Virus record (IMG/VR): IMGVR_UViG_3300045988_090220
Span: 1 to 44,398 of that record
Direction: 5' to 3' (one strand)
DNA from: a virus
Length of the DNA: 44,398 nucleotides
Of the stretch, positions 31,884-40,771 are shown in pieces. The translations under genes were made by a program, and so were the position numbers. The notes under the pieces are model-generated. The model was not told where the DNA came from. It made no database searches and saw nothing but the letters and a program-made list of their open reading frames with translations. How positions within the stretch are numbered: the first letter of the stretch is position 1; the number at the start of each line of letters is the position of its first letter.

Positions 31884-32936
31884 TCAATCCTCCTTAATAA
31901 TTTTCGGCATAAGTTTGTAGCCATACTCGGTAGAAGTGTACTTATCCAGCACACCGTCCGCTTTCATGGCTTCCTTGTCGATTTTGCTGACCGTAGCTCT
32001 GCTGACCTCCCAATTATAGGCAGAACCAGCGATAGACACCTTCTTGTCACCGTCACGGAACTGAGCGATTGCGGCTTTCTTAATCATGTCGGTCAAGACC
32101 TTGTACCGCTTTTCGTCCTCAGCCACCTCAGCGGAGTGAGCGTCCAGCTTGGCTTTCAGGTCTTCGGCTTCTTTGACCAGCGCCGCCATATCCGTTTCAG
32201 GAGACAGGTTGTTGGTGCGAAGGGCTTTCAGGATTTCAGCGTCCTTACGCTCGTCAAAGGCAGGAGAAATACCGCTCTCAACGAAGTCCTTCCACCATTT
32301 CAGGGCAGGCTTTACATACTTCTTCTCGAAGTCAGGATACCGCTCAGACACCTTGAAGGGACGGGTGATGGTATTCTCACCGCTGCACACGAACTTCTCA
32401 GGGTTATCGTAGTCCTTGGGTTCGAGGAAGGAAGCGACCATGATAACCTCGTCCACGCCGAGAAGGTAAGCGTACAACGCCGCCTGCAAAGCGTAATACT
32501 CAGGAATGTCATCGACCCAATCCTCTATGCGTTTACTCGTCTTCATTTCGAGGACGGTGGTCGGCTTCCCCTCCTTATCCACCAGAAGGTAGTCCCAGCT
32601 ACCACCAAGGACTTTCTGATCGGGGAAGAAATCGCCCCATGTACGCTGGAAATAGTTCTCTCCAAACACATCGGTAGGGGTGATAAGGTTGCCCATCATG
32701 TAGGCTTCCTTCATGTACTGGGCCTGCTTCGGCTCAATAGTTTTACCGGCAACGGTATAGATCGTATCTTCAAAGGGTTTCTCATAGGTACGAGTGACGG
32801 CGCACCATACCTCAAACGGGGTTGTCCATGCGTTCAGCCCCATAACTGCGGCGAAACGAGTACCTGTCAACTTCTTAGGTCTGGCCGGGGGGATAACTTG
32901 AATACGGTTGCCGTCAAGCCATTCTACGGACTTCAT
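31884..32936 (-). CDS. YqaJ/lambda-exonuclease-like PD-(D/E)XK recombination exonuclease
   Basis: Start MKSVEWLDG (32936) after GGAGGT. LTGTRFAAVMGLN...WDYLLVD...VLEMKTSK...YYALQAALYAY fit the YqaJ-type nuclease pattern. Paired with the ERF gene. Confidence 0.6.
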   Translation of the reverse strand: MKSVEWLDGNRIQVIPPARPKKLTGTRFAAVMGLNAWTTPFEVWCAVTRTYEKPFEDTIYTVAGKTIEPKQAQYMKEAYMMGNLITPTDVFGENYFQRTWGDFFPDQKVLGGSWDYLLVDKEGKPTTVLEMKTSKRIEDWVDDIPEYYALQAALYAYLLGVDEVIMVASFLEPKDYDNPEKFVCSGENTITRPFKVSERYPDFEKKYVKPALKWWKDFVESGISPAFDERKDAEILKALRTNNLSPETDMAALVKEAEDLKAKLDAHSAEVAEDEKRYKVLTDMIKKAAIAQFRDGDKKVSIAGSAYNWEVSRATVSKIDKEAMKADGVLDKYTSTEYGYKLMPKIIKED

Positions 32937-33426
32937 CGTAATACCTCCATTCAATATTGTGAGTTTGTTTGATAATCCCTCTACAACACTTTGCAATCTG
33001 ACTGTGAGCAATACCGGAAGCATCAGAAGCAGCTTTTACGCCATCGAATGTCTTTGTTGACCCGTCAGGGAATAGTCCGATTACAGCCCTACGACATTTC
33101 GATTTGCTCATGCGCTGATTGCGAGTGCCGTGGTTATCGTTTTCCTTGTGTGTTGCCCATTCAAGGTTAGAAACGGCGTTGTTGCGCTTATTCTCGTCCT
33201 TGTGATTGACTGTCGGTTTGTTGTAGGGATTAGAAATAAATGCCAGAGCGACCAGCCGATGAATCGTGAAACACTTAGAGTGACCATGGACGGTGAGAGT
33301 TACAACCTCATATCCATAACGGTCAATTTTCGGTTTCAATTCCCGTTCCTTTCGGAGAGAGTAGACAGTACCTCTGTCACTCACGGCGTAGTAGCCCTCA
33401 TACCCGGGAACGGGTTTCCAGCTCAC
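32914..33426 (-). CDS. HNH homing endonuclease (NUMOD4 + HNH_3 type)
   Basis: WKPVPGYEGYYAVSDRGTVYS (NUMOD4), HRLVALAF..VNHKDENKRNNAVSNLEW.THKEN (HNH) and a C-terminal IENR-like HTH. GTG start after AGGAGGGG. Confidence 0.85.
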   Translation of the reverse strand: MSWKPVPGYEGYYAVSDRGTVYSLRKERELKPKIDRYGYEVVTLTVHGHSKCFTIHRLVALAFISNPYNKPTVNHKDENKRNNAVSNLEWATHKENDNHGTRNQRMSKSKCRRAVIGLFPDGSTKTFDGVKAASDASGIAHSQIAKCCRGIIKQTHNIEWRYYDEVRRMA

Positions 33427-33428
33427 CC

Positions 33429-34184
33429 TTACCCCTCCTTTGCCGTTTTCATTTCGTAGCCAGCCAACATATTGTTCACGCCCTCGATCAGAGCGTCACA
33501 CTTGTCGGCTTCGATCTTGGAAAAGCCCTCGGTCTTCATGGCGATGGTCTGCACGAACTGTTCCTGCTCTGCATCAATATCCATGAGCTTTTTCAGCAGA
33601 CTTTTCAGCGTACCGACCTGTTCCTCGGTAGCCGCACCAGCAGGAGCGCCGGTCAGTTCTTTCTTGATCTCCTGACGCTGTTCAGTGGTCACAGGGGGCT
33701 TCTTCGTGACGGTGGGAGAGGGGGCGGGAGTCGTGTCAAACTCGCCGCTGTCGATACTGTCATGCTCCACAATGTCCAAAACGAGCTGCCACAGGTAGCG
33801 GCGAATGTAGGTGATGGAGCTGCCGGTCGCCTGCATTTCATTTGTGACCTGATTGCCAGCGTTGGATACGATAGGAGCGATGGGGGTGTACGGTGCCACG
33901 AAGTCAATGTAGTCCTCACGGTCATTGACATTGTAGACACGAGCGGTCGCCTTGTCGCCGTACATGGACGGAACCATCATCAGACCGATTTCAAGGAAAA
34001 TCTGCTCGGCCGTGGGAACAATGTCCGCCAGCTCGAAATACTTATATTCGAGCTTCATGTGCTTGCCGCTCTTGTCCACGCCAGCTTCGAGGAAGCGCAC
34101 ACGGGCAAGCTGCAACTTCTGGAACACATTCATGGTGGAATAATCCACCGCCGCACTCTCGGCGGCTTTCTTGGTAGTAGCCAT
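33429..34184 (-). CDS. ERF-family single-strand annealing protein
   Basis: 251 aa. VFQKLQLARVRF...KHMKLEYKYFELADIVPTAEQIF resembles the ERF family core. Confidence 0.65.
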   Translation of the reverse strand: MATTKKAAESAAVDYSTMNVFQKLQLARVRFLEAGVDKSGKHMKLEYKYFELADIVPTAEQIFLEIGLMMVPSMYGDKATARVYNVNDREDYIDFVAPYTPIAPIVSNAGNQVTNEMQATGSSITYIRRYLWQLVLDIVEHDSIDSGEFDTTPAPSPTVTKKPPVTTEQRQEIKKELTGAPAGAATEEQVGTLKSLLKKLMDIDAEQEQFVQTIAMKTEGFSKIEADKCDALIEGVNNMLAGYEMKTAKEG

Positions 34185-34186
34185 AT

Positions 34187-36127
34187 TTATACCTCCAACA
34201 TTTCTAATAATTTTTTCTTGATGGAATTGACTCTGCGGGTATTTCGCTTGGGCGGCTTCTCTCCGAGGAAATCTCGGACATACTTTTTCGCCTGCCGGAT
34301 ATACCAGTCACGGTCAACCACATCAATCGTCAGGTGATTGTCGTTGTCTACGACACATTTTGCGGGGAGTCCGGCAATCTTGACGGGATTGCCAGTACCG
34401 AGGTGGATTTTGTAGAGGGTTCCGTACCGATGATCTTCCGTGGCATATACCCGGTTGACCTTCTGTACGACCTCCATCTGACCGTCTACCTCATGGAGAG
34501 CGTCACCGTATTTACTTCCGGCTTTAGCGACCAACTGGAAGTCCAGCAGGCGGTCGCAGCTCATGATAGTGTCTTCGACCGGGATACCGTAGGCCAGATA
34601 ATCCTTGACGGCCTTGGCAACCACGCAGGCGTTGTTGTTGATGTTGAACGCTCCTGCCGGGGCAATTCCACGAACGAGAACGCCGCCCTTGATTTTGGGG
34701 TCGCCCTCGAAGGGAACCTCGACATAATTGTTCACATCTTTCTGACAGATCATCTTGATAAGGTCTTCCTCTAACTCAAAGCCGGTTCTGTCCTGCCATT
34801 CCTGCGTGATTTCCTGATACACAGGAACATCGCAGTCATCAAGGCTGACCATGATACCATCGGTGTTGAGCTGAATGATCTTCAAGGTGGGGCAGTTCTG
34901 AACAAGATGTTCCGCCATTTCGAGCAACTGCAACTGGCCTGAGATACAGACCGAGCGCCCCATGAGCGGGTCATACAGGTCGTTGTAGCGGTTCAGCATG
35001 GCTCCGTAGGTGGTGTTCAGCACCAGCTTCAAGGCATTTGCCGTAGCCTTATCACCAGCCCTCTTTGCTTTAACACGCCGTTCAATGGTGGCGGCATACA
35101 CATCGGGAGAGGGAATGTTTCGGCTACAATAACCGTTCAAGGTCATCTGGTGTGGATAATAGCTTGCAACATCTTTGTTGCGGATAGAGCGGGTTTCCGT
35201 GGCTTCCTCTCGGTAGCATGGGATAGCTCCGTGAATACCACCGTAGGCGATGGTGCAAGGACAGCCGCCTACCATCAAATCGAGCTTTTCCTTGAACACC
35301 ACTTCGTCAGGAATACTCTTATCCTTCAACCGTTCAAAAAAGTCGAACACTTCCTGCGGAATGTACTGACGAAGCAATTTCGGCGGATACTGATATTCCC
35401 GCTCGTCATAGTGCGGCTTTTGCTCTGCGTCAAGGTAAGCAGCGGTCAGCTTGGCGTTGGTCATATAGAGGGCTTTTGCAGGATACAGCCCTTTTTCACG
35501 ACCCAGCGTGAGCTTGCTGGACAGATAGCCTTGACGAAGATCATCCAGCCTGTCGGTTGCGTCAACATCATGGCGGCAGTAGAACTCGACCTCTCGCTTC
35601 TCGTCCTCAGTCAGAGGGCGGTCGATGTTAAACGGAACGGTGGTTTCACGAATGTCCATTCCGAGGTGCGCTTCGATTGCTTTCAGGGACAACCCCATCT
35701 GGCAATCGTCCATCAGGTCATATTGATCGAAGAAAATTCTACAGTCACGGAGAGGGGCGTACTCCCAGCCCTCGTGACCGCCAACGATAATAAAATCGTT
35801 GACCGCCTTGATTTCCTCCGGCGTGAAACTTGAGAGAACCGCTTTTAGAATGAATTGGTCATAGTGCTTATTGTTGAACCCTGCCAACAGAGGTTCTTGA
35901 GTCATGAATTGTTCGACAGCTTCATTATCATTCCAAATCTCGGTGTATTCCTTCGTGATCTTGTTTTTGAAGGTAAAAAGCCAATCATAAGCAAACACCT
36001 CGCAGTCAAAAATGAAGGGTTCAAGGTTCAGCGGTATCACCTCCAAAGAGATTATCCAGATACCTTTCGGCAAGGACTTCTTGAACACCCTCCATGATGT
36101 AGAGCATACAAGGGAAAGCCATGCCAT
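34187..36127 (-). CDS. Family B DNA polymerase
   Basis: Exo I FDCEV, Exo II NKHYDQFIL, Exo III YCRHDVDAT, motif A DVASYYPH, motif B KLVLNTTYGAM, motif C LNTDGI. The start is uncertain (ATG 36127, TTG 36046 or GTG 36040), and every candidate overlaps the methyltransferase 3' end. Confidence 0.8.
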   Translation of the reverse strand: MAWLSLVCSTSWRVFKKSLPKGIWIISLEVIPLNLEPFIFDCEVFAYDWLFTFKNKITKEYTEIWNDNEAVEQFMTQEPLLAGFNNKHYDQFILKAVLSSFTPEEIKAVNDFIIVGGHEGWEYAPLRDCRIFFDQYDLMDDCQMGLSLKAIEAHLGMDIRETTVPFNIDRPLTEDEKREVEFYCRHDVDATDRLDDLRQGYLSSKLTLGREKGLYPAKALYMTNAKLTAAYLDAEQKPHYDEREYQYPPKLLRQYIPQEVFDFFERLKDKSIPDEVVFKEKLDLMVGGCPCTIAYGGIHGAIPCYREEATETRSIRNKDVASYYPHQMTLNGYCSRNIPSPDVYAATIERRVKAKRAGDKATANALKLVLNTTYGAMLNRYNDLYDPLMGRSVCISGQLQLLEMAEHLVQNCPTLKIIQLNTDGIMVSLDDCDVPVYQEITQEWQDRTGFELEEDLIKMICQKDVNNYVEVPFEGDPKIKGGVLVRGIAPAGAFNINNNACVVAKAVKDYLAYGIPVEDTIMSCDRLLDFQLVAKAGSKYGDALHEVDGQMEVVQKVNRVYATEDHRYGTLYKIHLGTGNPVKIAGLPAKCVVDNDNHLTIDVVDRDWYIRQAKKYVRDFLGEKPPKRNTRRVNSIKKKLLEMLEV

Positions 36128-37463
36128 TTCCCCACATCTTGTACTCCGCAGAGTCCTTATGAGGAACCAGCGCACACCAATCTTTCTCGAACCCTTGAAG
36201 GGAAGCACACTCGGTAGGGGTGAGCTTTCGAGCCAGATAAATGACTTCGCCGCTCTCCGTTTTTATGGGAAGGAAAAGGGTCTGGTCGTTGTTGCATGAG
36301 AGTGTTGCGCTCTTATCTTCCTGTATCAAAGCACCCTTCCCACCGCCCTCACAGCCAGAACGGATTTTCAGGGTGTACGGAATTGCTACAACGGGAGCTT
36401 GAAGCCCACTTGCGCCCGCTTTCAAAGTGGGCGAAACCTCTTTAGAAAAAGCGATACTTCCGGCCTTTTTACCAGCGCCGCCATTTGCGATTCCGACGTC
36501 AGCTTTGCACGGAACTAACACCAAATTCTCAGTCCCGCCTCCGTAATTACCACCAGTGGCTTTCGGAGTAACGGCTTGTTCCGTGGGTGCATATTCATCA
36601 TAGGAAGCCTGTCCGAAGCATGGAACAAGAACTAAAGGGACATTACCTCCCCCTGTTCCCATTCGTCCAGCGAGGGTTTGGACTGTGTTATCGGGTCTGA
36701 GGGACACTCGGCTATCTTGGGCGTGGTTTTCGACTGCATAAACACGATGGTGTTCAGCAGGGCTTGTTTCAGAAGCGGGTCTAAGGGCTTCCCACGTTCG
36801 CCTGACCTTCTTAAAATCCCTTCGCAAGCCCTCACGCTCAAATAATATCCGTCCGGCACATTGACCTCCAAGATCGAGGACAACGAAGACACGCTTGCGT
36901 CTTTGGGGAACTCCCCAACCTTGCGCATCAAGTCCTCTCCAAGCGATAGAGGAATGATCTCCCAAGACAAATCCGGTGTGTGGCCATTTTTGCCGTCCTT
37001 GCTTGTCTTCCGCATATCGAGGAACGCTATCGTTTCCCTCGCAGATTTTCCAGAGAGTTTCAATGACTGTTCGGAAGTCTTCTCCCTGTGTCGAGCTAAA
37101 AGCTCCATAAACATTTTCCCAAATGACGATTTGAGGAAATCTCCCATTGGTGGCACACCTCATTTCCTGAATAACTCGGATTGCTTCAAAGAATAGGGAA
37201 GACTCCTGACCAGCAAGACCCTTACCATTTCCAGCGATCGAGAGGTTTTGACACGGAGAGCCGAAGGTGATAACATCGACCGGCTCGATTTCTGCGCCGT
37301 TCATCTTGATAATATCGCCAAGGTGAACCATCTTGGGAAAACGGGACTGTGTGACGGCTTTCGGGAAAGGCTCGATCTCACTCGCCCATGCCGGGATAAT
37401 ACCGACCGCAGAAGCGGCAAGAGGACAAGTCCCGCTGCCATCAAACAGACTGCCTAACTTCAC
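36021..37463 (-). CDS. Orphan DNA (cytosine-5) methyltransferase
   Basis: Motif I LFDGSG, motif IV GSPCQ, motif VI ENV, C-terminal TPTECASLQGF and GNGMAFP. GTG start with a GGAGGT RBS and a GTGA overlap with the helicase stop. No adjacent restriction endonuclease gene. Confidence 0.85.
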   Translation of the reverse strand: MKLGSLFDGSGTCPLAASAVGIIPAWASEIEPFPKAVTQSRFPKMVHLGDIIKMNGAEIEPVDVITFGSPCQNLSIAGNGKGLAGQESSLFFEAIRVIQEMRCATNGRFPQIVIWENVYGAFSSTQGEDFRTVIETLWKICEGNDSVPRYAEDKQGRQKWPHTGFVLGDHSSIAWRGLDAQGWGVPQRRKRVFVVLDLGGQCAGRILFEREGLRRDFKKVRRTWEALRPASETSPAEHHRVYAVENHAQDSRVSLRPDNTVQTLAGRMGTGGGNVPLVLVPCFGQASYDEYAPTEQAVTPKATGGNYGGGTENLVLVPCKADVGIANGGAGKKAGSIAFSKEVSPTLKAGASGLQAPVVAIPYTLKIRSGCEGGGKGALIQEDKSATLSCNNDQTLFLPIKTESGEVIYLARKLTPTECASLQGFEKDWCALVPHKDSAEYKMWGNGMAFPCMLYIMEGVQEVLAERYLDNLFGGDTAEP

Positions 37464-38869
37464 TTCGACACCTCCTGTTCGATGAATTTACAACCGCACT
37501 TGCGGTAGGCGGTACACCGCTTCTTATAGCTTCGCACGAGGTACTGGATGCCATCGTCCACATAATCGTAGGCAATAGGCTCACCCTTTCCCTCGAAGGT
37601 ACGAGCGATACGACCAATGCTCTGAGTTATCACAGCGTAGTCTTTCTGCGGTGTAGTCAGGTACAGCCGGTCGAGCCGGGGAATGTCCAGCCCCTCTTTC
37701 GCCAGAGAGTAGGTAGCGAACAGATACCGCTTGCGCCCCTGCCGCATTTCCTCAATGGCCTGCTCCCGGAGAGCCTTGGCTTTCTTCGTGGTCATCTTTC
37801 CATCAATCATGACCGCCTGTTTTCTCAGGGGAAGTGGAAGACGGTTCATCAGAGTTTCCAACTGAGCCAGCCGGTCGGAAAGAATAAGATTGTAATGATC
37901 TCGATTTAATATAAGATCATCGACAATCAGGCTGTTCCGCTCATGGCGGTCAGCAAGGTAATTGACCAACTTGGCATAGATGATCGTACCGTCCGTGTCC
38001 AAGAACTCACGGCTGAGTCCTTGATGGGTAGCACGGGGCAGAACGCTGACGGTCATGATCTTGTCTTTCACCGCTTCCTCCGGCACCTGATAGGCAATCC
38101 CACCCAGCAGAGCGTAGGTGGCGGCAATCATACCGTCTGCCCTGTGAACCGTAGCGGACAGGCCATACTTGTGTCGAGCTGCCAGAGCGTTCAGCACCTT
38201 TGAGAACTGCGTCATGGCGGTCGGGGTTCCGGCTACACGGTGACACTCGTCCACGATGATACAATCCCAAACATCACGGTATTGACTCAGATCGAGGTTA
38301 CACATGGTCTGTACCGTTGCGAAAGTGATTGCTTTACCGATTTGAACCCTACCTTCGGTGATCGTGCCAGTCAGAGAAGGACTCATGTACTGCTCCGCTC
38401 GGCTTTTGCTCTGCTTTACAAGATCGAGTGTGTGGCACAACCAAAGGGTTCTTGCTCCGAGAGCTACCGCCGTTGCAATACCGATTTGAGTTTTCCCCGA
38501 ACCGGCAGGGCTTTGTAGAATACCCTTACCACACTCCACCAAAGCGTCCAAGGCTTTTTGTTGGTAGTCATACAGCGGAAGCGTACAGCCATAGTCAATT
38601 CGTTCATGCTCAACAAAGTCCATTCTAACTTCTGCCATCAGAGGGCAGAGCCGTAGAATTTCATTAAAGCAACCATACGGAAGAACCAGATCGTCACCGT
38701 TAATCTCATACAAGCTGAGGGTTTTCGGTGTATTACCGAGCCAAAACCCCATACGAGCTTTCTTGGCGTAGTCAGGGTTTGGGAGAACGAGGTTTTCCTT
38801 ACACCACTTTTCGACAAGCGGGTATTCATACTCGTATTTGGAGACACGCAGTTGGTTATACACTCGCAT
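37460..38869 (-). CDS. SF2 DEAD/DEAH-box (ResIII-type) helicase
   Basis: Start MRVYNQL (38869) after GGAGGT. Motif I SPAGSGKT, motif II DECH, motif VI QSIGRIAR. Confidence 0.8.
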   Translation of the reverse strand: MRVYNQLRVSKYEYEYPLVEKWCKENLVLPNPDYAKKARMGFWLGNTPKTLSLYEINGDDLVLPYGCFNEILRLCPLMAEVRMDFVEHERIDYGCTLPLYDYQQKALDALVECGKGILQSPAGSGKTQIGIATAVALGARTLWLCHTLDLVKQSKSRAEQYMSPSLTGTITEGRVQIGKAITFATVQTMCNLDLSQYRDVWDCIIVDECHRVAGTPTAMTQFSKVLNALAARHKYGLSATVHRADGMIAATYALLGGIAYQVPEEAVKDKIMTVSVLPRATHQGLSREFLDTDGTIIYAKLVNYLADRHERNSLIVDDLILNRDHYNLILSDRLAQLETLMNRLPLPLRKQAVMIDGKMTTKKAKALREQAIEEMRQGRKRYLFATYSLAKEGLDIPRLDRLYLTTPQKDYAVITQSIGRIARTFEGKGEPIAYDYVDDGIQYLVRSYKKRCTAYRKCGCKFIEQEVSK

Positions 38870-39506
38870 TTGCGTACCTCCACTCATAACCAGCAGCGGT
38901 CTTTCTACCACCATGGGCGCATCGAGAAACAGTCTCTTTAGATACGCCGAAGAACTTTGCCGCTGCCGTACAGCTCACAAAGGTCAATACAACCTCGTGT
39001 GTATGCGGGTCACAAGCCAAAATGGACTTATTACAACGCCGCTGCCGTTCTTCGGTGATTTTTCTCAAATGTTCACCCGATAAGGGTTTACCTTTATTCC
39101 AAGCTCCATGCTGAGAAACATACTCCTTGAGAACTTCGGGATTGCCGGGATAATTCTTCTGCCGATTGGCTTCTCCGATCTTTCGCTTCGTTGCTTCTGA
39201 CCGTTTCACACCAGTCAAACCGTCACCGCCGAAAGTGATGTTATATCCGTTTTCTACGGTGTCGAATTGCTTGATATAAAACTGTTCCCAAAACTTTGCT
39301 TCCTGCTCAGTTAGACCGACCAGAAGAACATCGTGCCGAACATTAGCCCAACCGTACTTTGTAATAGCATGAGCCATCTTTGGCTGGTGGCAGTAACCTT
39401 TCCCGTTCTGCCATCTACGACCAACGGGAGTTTTCTTTGTGATACCGATATACATTTTTCCGTTTGGGAAGGTATGACGGTATAACGAGTAGATTCTCAC
39501 TTGCAT
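38856..39506 (-). CDS. GIY-YIG homing endonuclease
   Basis: IYSLYRHTFPNGKMYIGIT (GIY-YIG), NGYNITFGG, NUMOD3-like repeats (KRSEATKRKIG, GKPLSGEHLRKI) and a C-terminal HTH (AAAKFFGVSKETVSRC). Confidence 0.8.
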   Translation of the reverse strand: MQVRIYSLYRHTFPNGKMYIGITKKTPVGRRWQNGKGYCHQPKMAHAITKYGWANVRHDVLLVGLTEQEAKFWEQFYIKQFDTVENGYNITFGGDGLTGVKRSEATKRKIGEANRQKNYPGNPEVLKEYVSQHGAWNKGKPLSGEHLRKITEERQRRCNKSILACDPHTHEVVLTFVSCTAAAKFFGVSKETVSRCAHGGRKTAAGYEWRYANASV

Positions 39507-39901
39507 TGGGACACCCACTCTCCGAGTGTGATACCGTATCGCCTAATATCGTTGGCAGACAGCACAGTTCGCAAAGCGGACAATTCCAAAAGCGTAGAGA
39601 AGGAGATAAATCGAACTTCACCGGTTATCAGCCTAATTGCAAACCAGCCCTCACCATTCCCGGTTTCCTTCCAGAGCGTCATAGCGGAAAACTGGTTTTC
39701 TTCGATACGCTCCATCTTGAAAATGTTCTTGGAACAATCCTTACAGTCAATGGGATAGCTGACACCGTTTCGAGCCGCAATTACATCGAACGGCTGACCT
39801 TGGCTGTTTTGTGCGAGGTTATGACACCAGAAACCATATGCCGACAAGCTACGGCACAGGTCTTTTTCAAAACTGTTGCCAACCTTGCGATTGACATTCA
39901 T
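39497..39901 (-). CDS. Hjc-like PD-(D/E)XK Holliday junction resolvase
   Basis: 134 aa. GNSFEKDLCRSLSAYGFW...PFDVIAARNGVSYPIDCKDC parallels the archaeal Hjc pattern (G..fEre....L...Gf...DiiA..g....iEvK). Confidence 0.55.
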   Translation of the reverse strand: MNVNRKVGNSFEKDLCRSLSAYGFWCHNLAQNSQGQPFDVIAARNGVSYPIDCKDCSKNIFKMERIEENQFSAMTLWKETGNGEGWFAIRLITGEVRFISFSTLLELSALRTVLSANDIRRYGITLGEWVSQCK

Positions 39902-39985
39902 GTTTTCACTCCTTTACAAATGGATAGGTTCTGATATAATCAGATTGAGCTTTTACGCTTGCCGTTGATGGAAGTACCAGTTCCG

Positions 39986-40198
39986 TCAGCGGCTCTTTCT
40001 TTTTCTCGGCGGGGCGGGATAAAACGCACCAGACAGCGCACAGAACAGCCAGAAGCAGCCAAGGCCGATACCCATGTGAATCATGCCCGCACCGAGAGCC
40101 ATCGTGTCTTGCTCTACCGCACCAATAACACCGAGAATGTAGAAAAATGAGAGAAATGCGAGGGTTCCAAAAACCTTTCTAAATTGTTTCATGGTCAT
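39986..40198 (-). CDS. Small two-TM membrane protein
   Basis: 70 aa with two hydrophobic helices (LAFLSFFYILGVIGAV and IGLGCFWLFCALSGAF). Confidence 0.55.
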   Translation of the reverse strand: MTMKQFRKVFGTLAFLSFFYILGVIGAVEQDTMALGAGMIHMGIGLGCFWLFCALSGAFYPAPPRKRKSR

Positions 40199-40367
40199 TT
40201 CCTCCCTTCATGGGAACCCATTGATAAGGCTCTCCATATTTCTGTAAGTGCCATTTTTCAAACTCCGCCCGGTGTTGAGGGTCACGGTAATACTCCCGAA
40301 CAATTCGAGCCAATGAACGGCACAACACCCGTGCCTGTGGCTGAACCTCCGGTGTAAAAACGCTCAT
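40179..40367 (-). CDS. Small hypothetical early protein
   Basis: 62 aa. ATGA overlap with the upstream stop. Confidence 0.55.
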   Translation of the reverse strand: MSVFTPEVQPQARVLCRSLARIVREYYRDPQHRAEFEKWHLQKYGEPYQWVPMKGGNDHETI

Positions 40368-40585
40368 ACCCGCACAGAACGAATAAAGTTTTCGTACTTG
40401 TCCAGAATTGCATGAGATTTGTCAACGATGGTCTTTGCCTTTTCGCCAGAAATTGTTCCACGCACCGCCGAAGACATCTCAGACTTGTCCGTGTGAATAC
40501 CAACTCGGTCGAGAACGGCAATCAGCCAAACAAAACTCAGGTTGTTTTCCCGCAGCCGGTCGTGGAGAGACTTGTTATTTTCCAT
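40364..40585 (-). CDS. Cro-like first early gene product
   Basis: 73 aa. GGAGG RBS. Divergent from the cI-like gene across the switch region. Function is inferred from position. Confidence 0.5.
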   Translation of the reverse strand: MENNKSLHDRLRENNLSFVWLIAVLDRVGIHTDKSEMSSAVRGTISGEKAKTIVDKSHAILDKYENFIRSVRV

Positions 40586-40610
40586 TCTGTCTACCTCCTT
40601 TCGATGTTTT

Positions 40611-40629
40611 TGTAAGCAACAACAACAAG
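40611..40629. repeat. Left arm of the perfect 19-bp inverted repeat TGTAAGCAACAACAACAAG
   Basis: Exact reverse complement of 40748-40766. Confidence 0.9.
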
Positions 40630-40633
40630 ATTA

Positions 40634-40662
40634 TTGACTTTGAAATTATCCAATGCTATACT
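40634..40662 (+). promoter_or_regulatory. Rightward promoter for the cI-like repressor and integrase
   Basis: TTGACT-17 nt-TATACT, with a TG at the extended -10 position (TGcTATACT). Confidence 0.55.
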
Positions 40663-40747
40663 GAGTGTGTCACCAACCAAATACCATTGGCTCACCCCCA
40701 CCGAAAAAAAGTAATCGGCAGGGGGCTGGATTTCTGTTGCCTATTGA

Positions 40748-40766
40748 CTTGTTGTTGTTGCTTACA
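40748..40766. repeat. Right arm of the 19-bp inverted repeat CTTGTTGTTGTTGCTTACA
   Basis: Exact reverse complement of 40611-40629. Confidence 0.9.
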
Positions 40767-40771
40767 ATGAG

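Noticed and set aside
36632-37156. 174-aa minus-strand ORF inside the methyltransferase gene.
   Set aside because: It is an alternative frame of the C5 methyltransferase. The methyltransferase motifs (GSPCQ, ENV, GNG) all lie in one continuous frame, and nothing supports the embedded ORF.
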